Below are positions 1 to 11,490 of a stretch of DNA of 64,000 bases, in pieces. The notes beneath the pieces are model-generated. The model saw only the letters and a program-made list of their open reading frames with translations. It did no database searches and was not told the origin of the DNA. The translations under genes were made by a program, and so were the position numbers. Position 1 is the first letter of the stretch. The number at the start of each line of letters is the position of its first letter. The stretch is from Alphaproteobacteria bacterium (GTDB lineage Bacteria; Pseudomonadota; Alphaproteobacteria; MPNO01; UBA830). Location: contig OZ251539.1 in the NCBI GenBank assembly GCA_965243135.1, positions 4,096,001 to 4,160,000 of the forward strand, written 5' to 3'.

Positions 1-1412
1 TTCTGCTGACGACCCTGGCCGCCGCCATGTGCGCGCCGCTCGCGGCGGATCTGCTGGCCGGCAACCGGAACTGGCTGGTGTTCGCCAGCGCCGCTGGCCT
101 GACCGCCTTCGTCGGCGTCACCCTGATTCTGACCATGCGATCGACGTCGAAAAGGCTTTCGATCCGGCAAGCCTTCGTGCTGACCACGGCGACCTGGCTG
201 ATCCTCACGTATTTCGCGTCCCTTCCGTTCGCGTTCGCCGATCTCGGACTTTCGTTCACCGACGCGTTCTTCGAATCGATGTCCGGCCTCACCACGACAG
301 GATCGACGGTGATCGACGACCTCGGCAAGGCGTCGAGCGGCATACTGCTTTGGCGCGCGACCTTGCAGTGGCTGGGCGGCATCGGAATCATCGTCATGTC
401 CATTGCGATCCTTCCCATGCTCAGGATCGGCGGCAACCAGCTGTTCCGGACCGAGTCTTCGGACCGCTCCGAGAAAGTGATGCCGCGCATGGCTCAGATC
501 GTGACCGGCGTGGGTCTCGTCTATTTGGGCCTCACCGTCGTTTGCGGCGCGTTGCTGTGGTCGGTCGGCTTCGGAAGCTTCGACGCGACGGCGCACGCCA
601 TGACGACCATCGCGACCGGCGGATTCTCGACGCGCAACGGCTCGATCGGCGCCTTCTCCAACCCCGCCGCCGAGGTCATCATCACCGTTTTCATGTTTCT
701 CGGCGCGTTGCCCTTCGCGCTCTACCTCCAGGCCGCGCGCGGCAAGCCGATGACGCTCTGGCGCGACGATCAGGTCCGCTGGTTCTTCTGGGTCGCGCTG
801 GGGTTCATCCTGGCGGTGGCGATCGCCCATTACGCGCGCAACGACATCGGCCTGGCGCGCGCCCTTCGGGAGGCCGCGTTCAACACGCTGTCGATCATGA
901 CCGGCACCGGCTACAGTTCCGCCGATTACTCCCATTGGGGAGCGTTCGCGACCGGCGTATTCTTCTTCATCATGTTCATCGGCGGCTGCGCGGGATCCAC
1001 GACGTGCTCGATCAAGATCTTCCGATTCCACGTGCTCTACGAAACGGCGAAGGCGCAGATGAAGCGGCTCATACGGCCGCACGGCGTGTTCGTCGCCACG
1101 TTCAACGGACAGGAGATCACCAGCGAGGTCGCGAGCTCCGTCATGAGCTTCTTCTTCCTCTTCATCACGACCTTCAGCGTCCTTGCGGGAGCCCTGCACT
1201 TCATCGGGCTCGACTTCCTGACCGCGCTCTCGGGCGCGGCCACGGCGATCTGCAACGTCGGCCCGGCGCTGGGAGACATGATCGGTCCGAGCGGAAACTT
1301 TTCGGAGCTGGAGGACAGCGCCAAGTGGGTCCTGTCGGTCGGCATGCTCCTGGGCCGGCTCGAGCTGTTCACCGTGCTCGTCCTCTTCGCGCCCTGGTTC
1401 TGGCGCAACTGA
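1..1412 (+). CDS. trkH: TrkH-family potassium uptake membrane protein (probably starts upstream of the window)
   Basis: Pore motifs FESMSGLTTTG, TTIATGGFS, TGTGY, GGCAGST, NVGPA and GRLELF; the frame is open from base 3 to the ATG at 27. Confidence 0.93.
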   Translation, partial: LLTTLAAAMCAPLAADLLAGNRNWLVFASAAGLTAFVGVTLILTMRSTSKRLSIRQAFVLTTATWLILTYFASLPFAFADLGLSFTDAFFESMSGLTTTGSTVIDDLGKASSGILLWRATLQWLGGIGIIVMSIAILPMLRIGGNQLFRTESSDRSEKVMPRMAQIVTGVGLVYLGLTVVCGALLWSVGFGSFDATAHAMTTIATGGFSTRNGSIGAFSNPAAEVIITVFMFLGALPFALYLQAARGKPMTLWRDDQVRWFFWVALGFILAVAIAHYARNDIGLARALREAAFNTLSIMTGTGYSSADYSHWGAFATGVFFFIMFIGGCAGSTTCSIKIFRFHVLYETAKAQMKRLIRPHGVFVATFNGQEITSEVASSVMSFFFLFITTFSVLAGALHFIGLDFLTALSGAATAICNVGPALGDMIGPSGNFSELEDSAKWVLSVGMLLGRLELFTVLVLFAPWFWRN

Positions 1413-1416
1413 CGCC

Positions 1417-2553
1417 ATGCACCCCCTGACCGACGACGCCGCGGCCATTCTGCGGGAGCTGGTCGGTTTCGACACGACCTCGCGGAATTCGAACCTGCCG
1501 CTCGTCGAGCGCGTGGCGACCCGCTTGCGCGACAGCGGCATCGAGTCCCGGATCATCGCCTCCGACGACGGCGAGAAGGCGAACCTTTTCGCCACCGCAG
1601 GCCCGGATGTCGAGGGCGGCGTCGTTCTTTCGGGACATACCGACGTCGTTCCCGTCGACGGACAGGACTGGTCGAGCGATCCCTTCGAACTGACCGAACG
1701 GGACGCGAGGCTGTACGGCCGCGGCGCCGCCGACATGAAGGGCTTCCTCGCCTGCGCTCTCGCCCTTGCGCCGCGGTTTTCGCAAGCGCCCCTGCGCCGC
1801 CCTCTGCATCTGGCGTTCTCCTACGACGAGGAGGTGGGGTGCCTGGGGGTCGGACGGATGATCGATTTCATCCTCGACGAAACGCCGGAACCCGGCGCGG
1901 TCATCGTCGGCGAACCCTCCGGCATGGGCATCGCCAGCGCGCACAAGGGCATATGCGCCATGACCACCGCGGTTCGGGGACAAGAAGCGCATTCCAGCCG
2001 TCCGCAGGACGGCGCCAACGCGATCGCGGCGGCCGCCGCCGTCGCGTCGCACCTGTACCGGTTGTGCGACGAGATGGCGGAAACGGAGCGCGACGAACGG
2101 TTCGACCCGCCGTTCACGACCTTCAACGCCGGCCGGATCTCGGGCGGAACCGCGGTCAACATCGTTGCCGGCGAATGCGTTCTCGAGTGGGAATTCCGTC
2201 CGATACCGTGCGCCGATCCGGACGCGATCGTCGAGCGGGTCGAAGCGTTCTCCTCCACGCTTCCGCAAGACGTGCGCGTTTCCACGACGCGCAACGTCTA
2301 CGTGCCGCCGTTCGACGCGCCGAACGGGTCGCCCGCCGAGGAGTTGGCCCGGCGCGCGTCCGGCCGCAACGACAGCGGCACCATCGCCTTCGTCACCGAA
2401 GCCAGCCTGTTCTCCCGGGCAGGGTTTCCGGCCGTGATTTGCGGGCCGGGCGACATCGCCCAGGCCCACCAGCCGGACGAGTTCATCGAGATTTCCCAGC
2501 TGTCCGCGTGCCTGGAGTTTCTGGACGCGATAGCGGACGAACTGCGGGATTGA
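1417..2553 (+). CDS. argE: Acetylornithine deacetylase (M20 family)
   Basis: Motifs SGHTDVVP, GRGAADMKG, YDEEVGCLG, AHSS and GPGDIAQAHQPDEF. Confidence 0.9.
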   Translation: MHPLTDDAAAILRELVGFDTTSRNSNLPLVERVATRLRDSGIESRIIASDDGEKANLFATAGPDVEGGVVLSGHTDVVPVDGQDWSSDPFELTERDARLYGRGAADMKGFLACALALAPRFSQAPLRRPLHLAFSYDEEVGCLGVGRMIDFILDETPEPGAVIVGEPSGMGIASAHKGICAMTTAVRGQEAHSSRPQDGANAIAAAAAVASHLYRLCDEMAETERDERFDPPFTTFNAGRISGGTAVNIVAGECVLEWEFRPIPCADPDAIVERVEAFSSTLPQDVRVSTTRNVYVPPFDAPNGSPAEELARRASGRNDSGTIAFVTEASLFSRAGFPAVICGPGDIAQAHQPDEFIEISQLSACLEFLDAIADELRD

Positions 2554-2611
2554 TTCTCGGCGGAACGCCGAAAGGCCGCCGCGCGGCAGCGACCGTCCGG
2601 ACGGGCGGACG

Positions 2612-3049
2612 TCACCTCCGATACTTCACGAATTCCGTCAAACGGCCCACGCGATCATAGAGCCGCCGCGCAGTCGCGTTGCCTTCCTCCGTAAGCCAGT
2701 AGACCTGATCGGCTCCTCGCGCGTCCGCCTCCGAATAGACCGCTTCGATCAGGCGACGGCCGATCCCCGTCCGCCGGGCGGCCGGTTCGACGAACAGGTC
2801 CTCCAGATAGCAGCGATGCGCGATCGCCCACGTGACGGGATGGAAGAGGTAATGAACGATGCCCACGAGTTTCCCCGCGTCGCCGTCCGCGCACAATCCA
2901 TGCACCTCGGCGCCGGGATCCAGCAGTCTTCGCCACGTCGCCTCGGTTACTTCGGGTGGAAGTTCGACGCGATAGAATTCCAGGTATCCGTTCCAGAGCG
3001 CCTCCCAGCCTGCGCGGTCGGCGACCGTCAACGGACGCACCGCAGTCAT
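2612..3049 (-). CDS. GNAT-family N-acetyltransferase
   Basis: C-terminal part of the 2612..4255 ORF (MTAVRPL...CYLEDLFV...[10 protein letters not shown]...NATARRLYD); ATG at 3049 overlaps the upstream stop (ATGA). Confidence 0.88.
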   Translation of the reverse strand: MTAVRPLTVADRAGWEALWNGYLEFYRVELPPEVTEATWRRLLDPGAEVHGLCADGDAGKLVGIVHYLFHPVTWAIAHRCYLEDLFVEPAARRTGIGRRLIEAVYSEADARGADQVYWLTEEGNATARRLYDRVGRLTEFVKYRR

Positions 3050-4734
3050 GCCGTGCGAACCTCCTGCAGTTCCAGCTCCTCGACCATGCGTTCGCGCATG
3101 ACGAATTTCTGGACCTTGCCGGTCACCGTCATCGGAAAGGAGTCGACGAACCTGACGTAACGGGGGATCTTGTTGTGGGAGATCCGGCCGCGGCAGAACT
3201 CGACGATCTCCTCGGCGTCCGCGGTTTCGCCCTCGGAAAGCCGGATCCAGGCGCACAGCTCCTCGCCGTACTTGTCGTCGGGGACGCCGAACGCCTGGAC
3301 GTCGGCGATCTTCGGATGCCGGTAGAGGAACTCCTCGATCTCCCGGGGATACAGGTTCTCGCCGCCGCGAATGACCATGTCCTTCATGCGGCCAACGATA
3401 TTGAAGTATCCGTCGGCGTCCATCGTGGCCAGATCGCCCGTATGCATCCAGCCGCTTTCGTCGACGGCTTCCGCCGTCTTTTCCGGATCGCCCCAGTAAC
3501 CGCGCATGACCGAATACCCGCGGGTGCAGAATTCGCCGGCGACCCCGACCGGCGCGACGCATCCGTTCTCGTCGACGATCTTGACCTCGAGGTGAGGCTG
3601 CACCCGTCCGACCGTGGAAACGCGGCGGTCGAACGCGTCGTCGACGGAAGTCTGGGTCGACACCGGACTGGTCTCGGTCATCCCGTAGGCGATGGTGACA
3701 TGCCGCATGTGCATTTTTTCGATCACCTGCTTCATCACCTCGACGGGACACGGCGAGCCGGCCATGATGCCCGTGCGCAGGCTGGAAAGATCGAACCGGT
3801 CGAATTCCGGGTGCCGGAGCTGGCCGATGAACATCGTCGGCACGCCGTAGAGCGAGGTACAGCGCTCCGCCTCCACCGTCCGCAGAGTTTCCAGAGGATC
3901 GAAGGCGCCGGACGGAAACACCATCGCCGCGCCGTGAGTGACGGCCGCCAGATTGGCCATGACCATGCCGAAGCAATGATAGAGCGGTACCGGAATGCAG
4001 ATGCGGTCTTCTTCCCCGAGCGACTGGGCGGCGCCGACGAAGTAGCCGTTGTTGAGAATGTTGTGATGGGTCAGCGTCGCGCCCTTGGGAGAACCGGTCG
4101 TGCCGCTGGTGAACTGGATGTTGACAGGGTCGTCGAACTGGAGTCTCGGCGCCAGCGCGTCGGTCGCCGCCGGGCCGGCCGACGCGCCGCGCGCGAGGAC
4201 GTCGTCGAAGGAATGCATCCCGGGTGCCGCTTCTTCCCCTATCTGGATCACGCATCGGAGATCAGGCAGCTTCCCGGCGCGCAGCGCTCCCGGTTCGGCA
4301 TCGTCGATCTCCGGCGCGAGCGTTCGGATCATGCCGACGTAATCGCTGCTTTTGAACGCCGTCGCGGTCACGAGCGCCCTGCAACCGACCTTGCCGAGGG
4401 CGTATTCCAGCTCTTCCAGCCGGTAGGCGGGATTGATGTTCACCAAGATCAGGCCGGCTTTCGCGGTCGCGAACTGGGTGATCACCCATTCGGCGCAGTT
4501 AGGGGACCAAATGCCGATGCGGCTGCCGGGCTCCAGACCGAGCGCGGCAAGTCCGGCGGCGAAAGCGTCGACCCGCTCCTTCAGTTCCGACCATGTCCAG
4601 GAGACATTCTGATGACGCACGACGAGCGCGGCGCGGTTCGCCCATCGTCCGGCGGCGGCGTCGAACCGGGCGCCGATCGTATCGCCGATCAGCGGCCGGT
4701 CGGACGCCCCGTGAGCGTAACTCGATTTCGCCAT
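3046..4734 (-). CDS. AMP-binding acyl-CoA synthetase
   Basis: Motifs [28 protein letters not shown] and TVTGKVQKF; start MAKSSY after a GGAGG RBS. Confidence 0.92.
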   Translation of the reverse strand: MAKSSYAHGASDRPLIGDTIGARFDAAAGRWANRAALVVRHQNVSWTWSELKERVDAFAAGLAALGLEPGSRIGIWSPNCAEWVITQFATAKAGLILVNINPAYRLEELEYALGKVGCRALVTATAFKSSDYVGMIRTLAPEIDDAEPGALRAGKLPDLRCVIQIGEEAAPGMHSFDDVLARGASAGPAATDALAPRLQFDDPVNIQFTSGTTGSPKGATLTHHNILNNGYFVGAAQSLGEEDRICIPVPLYHCFGMVMANLAAVTHGAAMVFPSGAFDPLETLRTVEAERCTSLYGVPTMFIGQLRHPEFDRFDLSSLRTGIMAGSPCPVEVMKQVIEKMHMRHVTIAYGMTETSPVSTQTSVDDAFDRRVSTVGRVQPHLEVKIVDENGCVAPVGVAGEFCTRGYSVMRGYWGDPEKTAEAVDESGWMHTGDLATMDADGYFNIVGRMKDMVIRGGENLYPREIEEFLYRHPKIADVQAFGVPDDKYGEELCAWIRLSEGETADAEEIVEFCRGRISHNKIPRYVRFVDSFPMTVTGKVQKFVMRERMVEELELQEVRTA

Positions 4735-4949
4735 CCTCCCGCTCCTTTCGTAAAAGACGCATGCTGTCCGGCCTGCGCGACGCGCAACCATTCGAGCGAA
4801 TTATCGCCATCTTGCATTCCGTTTTCCATCTATGGTTCGGAAGCGAACCGGCGCGGGCGGCCGGGCGGCATCCCGCTTGCGAGGCGGAGAAGGGGAAAGT
4901 CATGGTCGGGAAAGCGCTGCGACTTGCTCGGCAAGGATCGTTCTCTGGA

Positions 4950-6626
4950 ATGAGCCCGGTCGAAGAGGCGCTCGAAAATCTCGCTTGCGCAGGAGTCGAG
5001 AAACGGGGAGCGATCTTCACCCGGCGGGAGGTCGTCGATTTCATTCTCGACCTGCTCGGCTACACTTCGGATCGGACGCTGCATCGATGGCGGATTCTGG
5101 AACCGTCCTTCGGGGAGGGCGATTTTCTTCTCGTCGCGGTCGACCGGCTGGCGAAGGCTTGGAGAAACCAATGCCGCGACGCTCGGAACGCCTACGACGA
5201 TCTTCGAGACAGCGTCAGGGCGGTGGAATTGCACCGGGGCTCGTTCGCGGCGACGCGCCCGAAGGTCGTTTCCGTCTTGGCAAGGCGGGGCATCGCAACC
5301 GCGACCGCGGAACGGCTCGCGGACGTCTGGTTGACGCGCGACGACTTCCTGCTGGCTTCGCTTCCGTACGAATTCGACCGCGTCGTCGGCAATCCGCCTT
5401 ACGTTCGCCAGGAATTGATCCCCGACGCTCTCATCGCCGAATACCGAGCGCGCTACGCCACGATATACGACCGGGCCGATCTCTACGTTCCTTTCATCGA
5501 GCGTTCGCTCGGCTTGCTGGCGGAAGGCGGACAGCTCGGTTTCATCTGCGCCGATCGCTGGATGAAAAACCGCTATGGAGGCAGGTTGCGGCAAATGGTG
5601 GCGGAATCATTTCGTCTGCGGGTCTATGTCGACATGGTGAATACGCCCGCATTTCGCGACGACGTGATTGCGTATCCCGCCATTACCGTTATCGGCCGGG
5701 AGAAGCGCGGAAAGACCCGGATAGCACGCCGACCCGAGATCACGGCGGAAGCGCTGGGGAATCTGGCTCGCGAGCTTCTTGAGGACGAAACCTCCGGCGG
5801 GTCGGTGGAAGAACTTGATTGCGTGGCGGCCGGCGCGGAACCGTGGCTGCTGGAAGGCTCGGAGCATCTGGGTCTCGTTCGACGCCTGGAGCGGGATTTC
5901 CCGCTCCTGGAAGATGCGGGATGCAGAGTCGGGATCGGCGTCGCGACCGGAGCCGACAAGGCGTTCATCGGTCCTTACGAAGAACTCGACGTGGAGCCGG
6001 AGCGCAAGCTTCGGCTCGTCATGGCCGCGGACGTTCAAAGCGGCAAAGTGGAATGGCGAGGTCTCGGCATCGTCAACCCGTTTGCCGAAGGGGGAGGGCT
6101 GGTCGATCTTGATCGGTATCCCAGACTTAAACGATATCTGGAGGCGCGCAGGCATGCGATCGCCCGACGCCATGTCGCTCGAAAGGTTCCCGCCAACTGG
6201 TACCGCACGGTCGACAGAATCTATCCTTCCCTCGCGACGACCCCTAAATTGCTCGTTCCAGACATAAAGTCGGAAGCCCATATCGTCCACGAAAAAGGCC
6301 AATTCTATCCGCATCACAACCTTTATTTCATCACGTCCGAAGATTGGAACTTGAAGGCGCTGCAGGCCGTGCTTCGATCAGGGATCGCCAGATTGTTCGT
6401 CTCCGCCTACTCGACGCGAATTCGAGGAGGCTACCTGCGGTTTCAGGCGCAATATCTGCGCCGCATCCGCCTGCCCCATTGGAAAGACGTGCCTGCCGAA
6501 ATCAGGACGGGGCTGACGGCCGCCATCGAATCCGGGGATGACGCCGTTGGAATGATCGCATCGTTGTACGGGCTGTCGGCGCAGGAACGAACCGCCTTAC
6601 GAGGAGCCCGCGGCGGTCGTTCTTGA
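4950..6626 (+). CDS. Type II N6-adenine DNA methyltransferase, M.PaeR7I/M.XhoI-like (predicted target CTCGAG); start could be 4902
   Basis: Motif [11 protein letters not shown] and motif IV GNPPY; [29 protein letters not shown] and [12 protein letters not shown] match M.PaeR7I as I recall it. Confidence 0.9.
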   Translation: MSPVEEALENLACAGVEKRGAIFTRREVVDFILDLLGYTSDRTLHRWRILEPSFGEGDFLLVAVDRLAKAWRNQCRDARNAYDDLRDSVRAVELHRGSFAATRPKVVSVLARRGIATATAERLADVWLTRDDFLLASLPYEFDRVVGNPPYVRQELIPDALIAEYRARYATIYDRADLYVPFIERSLGLLAEGGQLGFICADRWMKNRYGGRLRQMVAESFRLRVYVDMVNTPAFRDDVIAYPAITVIGREKRGKTRIARRPEITAEALGNLARELLEDETSGGSVEELDCVAAGAEPWLLEGSEHLGLVRRLERDFPLLEDAGCRVGIGVATGADKAFIGPYEELDVEPERKLRLVMAADVQSGKVEWRGLGIVNPFAEGGGLVDLDRYPRLKRYLEARRHAIARRHVARKVPANWYRTVDRIYPSLATTPKLLVPDIKSEAHIVHEKGQFYPHHNLYFITSEDWNLKALQAVLRSGIARLFVSAYSTRIRGGYLRFQAQYLRRIRLPHWKDVPAEIRTGLTAAIESGDDAVGMIASLYGLSAQERTALRGARGGRS

Positions 6627-6738
6627 GGATTGCGACCGCAACGCTCGTCGAGCGGTCAAGATATTCTGGAGGAACCGCGAACAGGCCCGGCTTCGACAAC
6701 GGGCCGTCGGCAGAGTCGATCAAGGGGGACGGCGGTAG
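6610..6738 (+). pseudogene. N-terminal stump of a PaeR7I-like restriction endonuclease
   Basis: Frame 6622.. reads [38 protein letters not shown], resembling the R.PaeR7I N-terminus (ARDAVKAFWGNREAARQKQ...DQGER). RBS GAGGAG at 6601; no start codon; TAG at 6736. Confidence 0.75.
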
Positions 6739-6864
6739 AACCGCGGGGCGCCGCGGCGGACCGACTTTCCGGTTCGTCTTCGCTCGAGGAATGCCGAAAC
6801 GCCTTTCGCGCCCGGAAACGGATCGAAACCCGATGGCGACGCGCGCCGCGCAGGCCGTCCGGCC

Positions 6865-7452
6865 CTACCGCTCTCGCAACCACGCCTTGAAATGTTCGCG
6901 TGCCTGGGCCTCCAGAGACCGGTCCATGTCCGCCATCAACGCTTCCGTCATCGCGAACCACGCTTCCTCGCGACCGTGCGCGGATATGCTCTCCGAAACC
7001 GTGCGGGACCTCTTAGCCACGGACTCGACGGTCGCGCGAACCTGTCCGTCCGCGCCGACGATCTCCATCTTCACGTCGAGCACGGCGTCGTATCGCTCCG
7101 ACTGCTCGATCCTGAAAAGCCCGGCAACTCCGCCGGTCCGCGCCAGAGGCACCTCGACCACGCTGGCTTGCCGCAGGGTGATTCGCGCCTCCCCGCTCCC
7201 GCCCGCAGCCCGGAAGCGGCTGCGGCCCCATTCGAGCGCCGCCGCGGCGGGAGAGACGGGAAACCGGTGTTCGACGTTGGGCGCCTCGGCCGGAGAGCGG
7301 TAGCCGTTGCGAACCTCCACACTGCCGACTTCCAGCGTTATCGGAGGGAGATGAGCGAACGTGATGCGAGGAAACTCGCGGCTCTGCGGCGGCGGCGTGC
7401 AGGCCGCGACGAGCGCCAGCAACGATATTCCCAGCATGCGCACGGTGATCAT
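6865..7452 (-). CDS. Conserved hypothetical lipoprotein
   Basis: MITVRMLGISLLALVAAC lipobox; ATGA overlap with the hslO stop. Confidence 0.75.
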   Translation of the reverse strand: MITVRMLGISLLALVAACTPPPQSREFPRITFAHLPPITLEVGSVEVRNGYRSPAEAPNVEHRFPVSPAAAALEWGRSRFRAAGGSGEARITLRQASVVEVPLARTGGVAGLFRIEQSERYDAVLDVKMEIVGADGQVRATVESVAKRSRTVSESISAHGREEAWFAMTEALMADMDRSLEAQAREHFKAWLRER

Positions 7453-8348
7453 CGGGCGCGATATACCAGATCGAGCGCGTCGGCGCGATAGCGGTAGCCC
7501 CGGCCGCAGAATTCGCAGGTTACGACGACTTCGTCCCCCACCTTCAATTCCTCGATCTCGTCGCGCGGAAAGGAACGCAGCATCGTTTCGACGCGCTCCG
7601 GCGAGCAGCGGCAACGCATTTCGAGGGGCGTCGGATCGTAGACCCGCACGCCGTCCTGATGAAACAGGCGGTACAGCAAACCGTGAGGGTGCAGCAGCGG
7701 ATCCAGGACTTCGCCGTCGCGCGCGCCGCTCATCATGATGACCGCCCGCCGCCACCGCTCCTCGGCGGCGTCGCCGGGAACGCCGGAGTCAGGCAACCTT
7801 TGCAACAGGAGGCCTCCGGCGCGCCACGCCCCTTCGGCGTCGCGCCCGGAACACAGCTTGATCGCGCCCTCGAACTGATCGGACTGCCGAAAGTAGGCGT
7901 GCGCGCAGTCCGCGAGCGTCGCGCCGTCGAGAGCCACGATGCCCTGATACGGATTCATTCCCGCGCCGCGATCGACCGTGAAAGCGAGACGCCCGCCGCC
8001 GAGGAGAGCCGGCACCGGCCGGCTGCGCCAATCTTCGGCCAACTCCGCGACCGCTTCGGCGTCGAACTTCGCCAAACCGCGCAACGCGCCGTCGTTCGTG
8101 AGGTCGACGACCGCCATTCCGACCGGCCCGTCGCCCCTGACCTGCAGCGAAAAGACGCCGTCGAACCTGAAGATTCCCGCGACGAGCGCCGCAAGCGCCA
8201 ACATGTCCGAGAGCAGCGTCGCCACGGGCTCGGGCCGGTTCGCGACGACGGCCTGCGCCGCAGGCCCCAGACGCGCCAGCCGGCCTCGCGCGGCGCCGTT
8301 CTCGATCCGGAACGGCTGGACAATGTCGTCGACCGCTGCGCTTTCCAT
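7449..8348 (-). CDS. hslO: Hsp33 redox-regulated chaperone
   Basis: YQGIVAL, YFRQSDQ and C-terminal Zn motif CRCS...CEFC. Confidence 0.93.
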   Translation of the reverse strand: MESAAVDDIVQPFRIENGAARGRLARLGPAAQAVVANRPEPVATLLSDMLALAALVAGIFRFDGVFSLQVRGDGPVGMAVVDLTNDGALRGLAKFDAEAVAELAEDWRSRPVPALLGGGRLAFTVDRGAGMNPYQGIVALDGATLADCAHAYFRQSDQFEGAIKLCSGRDAEGAWRAGGLLLQRLPDSGVPGDAAEERWRRAVIMMSGARDGEVLDPLLHPHGLLYRLFHQDGVRVYDPTPLEMRCRCSPERVETMLRSFPRDEIEELKVGDEVVVTCEFCGRGYRYRADALDLVYRAR

Positions 8349-9251
8349 TCACTCAAGGCACCAGGTCAGAATGCCCTTCTGCGAATGCAACCGGTTTTCG
8401 GCCTCGTCCCAGGCGATGGATCGAGGACCGTCCAGCACCTCCCCCGCCACCTCCCGGTCCCGACTGGCCGGCAGGCAATGCATGAAGACGGCGTCGGGAC
8501 GCGCCCGCGACATCAGCCGTTCGTCCACGCGGTAGGGCGCGAGCAAGCGGAGACGCTCCTCTCCGTCGGTGTCGCCCATCGATATCCAGGTGTCGGTCAC
8601 GACGCAGTGGGCGCCGTCCACCGCTTCCGCGGGATCCCCGGTGACCTGGACCGAAGCGCCCTCGCGGCGCGCCCAGGCGACGCTGTCGCCGGACGGCGCC
8701 AATTCAGGCGGGCACGCCAGCCGCAACTCGAAGCCGAACCTAGCCGCCGCCTGGATCCAGGTGCTCGCCATGTTGTTCCCGTCGCCGCACCACGCGATGC
8801 GCTTGCCCCGGATGTCCCCTCGATGCTCCTCGAACGTCATCACGTCCGCCATCAGCTGGCATGGATGGGACCGGTCCGTCAGGCCGTTGATCACCGGCAC
8901 GCCGGCATTCTCGGCGAGTTCCAGAAGCGTCCCGTCCTGCGCCGCGCGGATCATGATGGCGTCGACGTAGCGCGACAGCACGCGAGCGGTATCGGCAACG
9001 GTTTCGCCGCGGCCGAGCTGGGTTTCGCCGACCGACAGCACGATGGCGTCCCCGCCCAGCTGCTTCATCGCGACCTCGAACGACACCCGCGTGCGGGTCG
9101 ACGGCTTCTCGAAGATCATGGCGAGCGTCCGGCCTTCCAGCGGCCTCCCGCCGTCTCCGCGCTTGAAGGCCGCCCCGGCGTCCACGATGCGGCGAAGATC
9201 CGCGGCATCGATCAGGGACAAGTCGAGAAAATGCCGCGGCGCGGCGGTCAT
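8349..9251 (-). CDS. argF: Ornithine carbamoyltransferase
   Basis: [18 protein letters not shown] and HCLPA motifs. Confidence 0.96.
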   Translation of the reverse strand: MTAAPRHFLDLSLIDAADLRRIVDAGAAFKRGDGGRPLEGRTLAMIFEKPSTRTRVSFEVAMKQLGGDAIVLSVGETQLGRGETVADTARVLSRYVDAIMIRAAQDGTLLELAENAGVPVINGLTDRSHPCQLMADVMTFEEHRGDIRGKRIAWCGDGNNMASTWIQAAARFGFELRLACPPELAPSGDSVAWARREGASVQVTGDPAEAVDGAHCVVTDTWISMGDTDGEERLRLLAPYRVDERLMSRARPDAVFMHCLPASRDREVAGEVLDGPRSIAWDEAENRLHSQKGILTWCLE

Positions 9252-10426
9252 CCAACCAGCTCTCCGCAGCTGTCGTCGAGAATCGAGACCGCCTCCCGGA
9301 TATGCGCCTCTTCGGCGATCAACGGCGGCAACAGGCGAAGCACGTTGTCGCCCGCCAGAACCGTCAGAAGCCCGCGGTCGAACGCTTTCGCTCCGAGATC
9401 GGCATTGGGGACGACGCACTTCAGACCCCACATCATGCCCGTGCCGCGCGCCTCGGCGACGACCGAAGGGCGGCGGACCGCCAAGGCTTCCAACTCCGTC
9501 TTCATGAGTTCGCCTACGGAAACCACATGCTCCAGAAAGCCGTCCTCCAGCATCACGTCGAGCACGGCGTTGGCGACCGCCGTCGCCAGCGGATTGCCTC
9601 CGAACGTGCTGCCGTGAGTTCCGGCCGTGATCCCCTTCGCCGCGTCGGCGGTCGCGAGGCACGCGCCGATCGGAAAGCCGCCGCCCAGGCCCTTGGCGGA
9701 CGCCATGACGTCCGGCTCGATTCCAGACCATTCGTATGCCCAGAGCTTGCCCGTCCTTCCCATGCCGGTCTGCACTTCGTCGAACATCAAGAGCAGGCCC
9801 TGCTCGTCGCACAGCGTTCTGAGATCGCGCAGGAATCGCGAGTCGGCCGGGCGGATGCCGCCTTCTCCCTGCACGGCCTCCACCATGACGCCCGCCGTTT
9901 CGCCGGTCACGGCCGCGCGAACCTCGTTCATGTTTCCGAAAGCGACGCGGTCGAAACCCTCGACGGGCGGCCCGAACCCCGCGCGATGGGCGTCGCTGCC
10001 GCCCGCCGCGATCGTGGCGAGCGTGCGTCCGTGGAAACTCCCTTCGAAGGATATCAGGCGGTAGCGCTCGGGATGCCCGTTCTCGCTGTGATGCTTTCGC
10101 ACCAGCTTGACGCAGGCCTCGACAGCTTCCGCGCCCGAGTTGCAGAAGAAAACCGTATCCGCGAACGAATTGGCGACCAAACGCGCAGCCAGGCGCTCTT
10201 GTTCGGGTATGCGATACAGGTTGGACGTATGCCAGACCCGACCGCTCTGGGCGTTCAGCGCCGCGACAAGGCGGGGATGGTTGTGGCCGAGCGACACGAC
10301 CGCGACGCCAGCCCCGCAGTCGAGAAACCTGCGACCGTCATCGGCAAGTAGATAGACGCCGTCGCCGCGCTCGAACGCGACGTCCGCACGGCTGTATGAC
10401 GGCATCACCGCCCGCGCATCGTCCAC
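9248..10426 (-). CDS. argD: Acetylornithine aminotransferase
   Basis: [31 protein letters not shown] and [10 protein letters not shown]; sits in the argD-argF-hslO operon. Confidence 0.95.
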   Translation of the reverse strand: MDDARAVMPSYSRADVAFERGDGVYLLADDGRRFLDCGAGVAVVSLGHNHPRLVAALNAQSGRVWHTSNLYRIPEQERLAARLVANSFADTVFFCNSGAEAVEACVKLVRKHHSENGHPERYRLISFEGSFHGRTLATIAAGGSDAHRAGFGPPVEGFDRVAFGNMNEVRAAVTGETAGVMVEAVQGEGGIRPADSRFLRDLRTLCDEQGLLLMFDEVQTGMGRTGKLWAYEWSGIEPDVMASAKGLGGGFPIGACLATADAAKGITAGTHGSTFGGNPLATAVANAVLDVMLEDGFLEHVVSVGELMKTELEALAVRRPSVVAEARGTGMMWGLKCVVPNADLGAKAFDRGLLTVLAGDNVLRLLPPLIAEEAHIREAVSILDDSCGELVG

Positions 10427-10464
10427 GATTGATCCTCGATTGCTGCCTGTAATCGACGAGCCGG

Positions 10465-10493
10465 AGTATGTTGGCCGGCGGGCCGCCTGTCAA
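10465..10493 (-). promoter_or_regulatory. Sigma70-type promoter of the argD operon
   Basis: Minus strand reads TTGACA-17 nt-CATACT about 40 nt upstream of argD. Confidence 0.6.
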
Positions 10494-10752
10494 TCGCGCG
10501 CGCGGCGTTGCCCCCGGAATCGACCGTCGCAACGATCGACGACGCGAATTGGCCGCATAGACGGAACGCGGACAACCTCCGCGTTTCGCGTCCGCCATTC
10601 GCTGCGCATCCGGATCTCGTGCCGAAGACGGCGAAGCGCGCCGCGGCCCGAGATCTCCGGGTGGATGGTCCGGATCCGCAGCCGCGGCGGCCGAACTCGT
10701 CGGCGAGAAACGCCTCGACTGCGCCGGGCGCCTACGCCGCGACCGCAAAAAC

Positions 10753-11490
10753 TCACGAAGGATCCGTCGGGGCTCCGGCCCTTTCGATCGGCGGACGAGA
10801 CGATCCAGCCGGCCGCGCGATACGGCACGGCCTCCAGTTCCTGGTCCAATGCTCGTCGGTCTGCACATGTCCGGCGCGGACGCTCTTGCAGACGTTGGCC
10901 GGGAATTCCTCCGCCGGGAATTCCCGCGCCAGCCTCAACACGACGCCTTCCCGCTCGCCCCCGAGCGCGGACGGCTCGCCATGCGCGAGTTCGATGAACC
11001 TGCGCATATCGGCGACCGACCCGAAACGCCCCTTGAAGAGAACCGGGACGACCGGAATCCCCTGCTGGCCTGCATACGCCTCGACCTCGGCGAAGGAGGC
11101 GAACGCGCCGTCGCCGCGGCGCAACGCGAATGCGTAGAACGTCTCCTCCTCCGCGACGGCTTCGTACTCGATGCTGTGCACGCCGTAGATGTCCTCGCCA
11201 TACAGCCAGACATCGGATTCGGTCAGTTTCCAGGCGTGGTGTTTCTTCGCCATCGCCATCCACTTGGCGTCGGAGGGAACCGAAACGCTGCGCGCGTAGA
11301 CCTTGCCCGCGTGCAGGAGCGTGTTGCCGCCGTCCAGTTTCTCGGTCACCACCACGTCCTCGCCGACAAAGCGGCCCGGATCGGCGTGCATGTCGCGGCT
11401 GGGGGACGGCGACCACGGCCAGTATGGCGTGCTCGGGTACTTTACGTTCCAGGGTGGGCGGCTCTCTGCGGTCATCGCTTGCGGAGTCAT
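10753..11490 (-). CDS. RNA ligase family nucleotidyltransferase (Rnl2-like, stand-alone)
   Basis: KYPSTP-x-WPWS, motif I TEKLDGGN, LYGE, FYAF, EGVVLR and KSVRAGHVQTDEHW. Confidence 0.82.
   Translation of the reverse strand: MTPQAMTAESRPPWNVKYPSTPYWPWSPSPSRDMHADPGRFVGEDVVVTEKLDGGNTLLHAGKVYARSVSVPSDAKWMAMAKKHHAWKLTESDVWLYGEDIYGVHSIEYEAVAEEETFYAFALRRGDGAFASFAEVEAYAGQQGIPVVPVLFKGRFGSVADMRRFIELAHGEPSALGGEREGVVLRLAREFPAEEFPANVCKSVRAGHVQTDEHWTRNWRPCRIARPAGSSRPPIERAGAPTDPS

Noticed and set aside
4593-4949. Long N-terminal extension of the methyltransferase
   Set aside because: It overlaps the divergent acyl-CoA synthetase start; similarity to M.PaeR7I begins near 4950.
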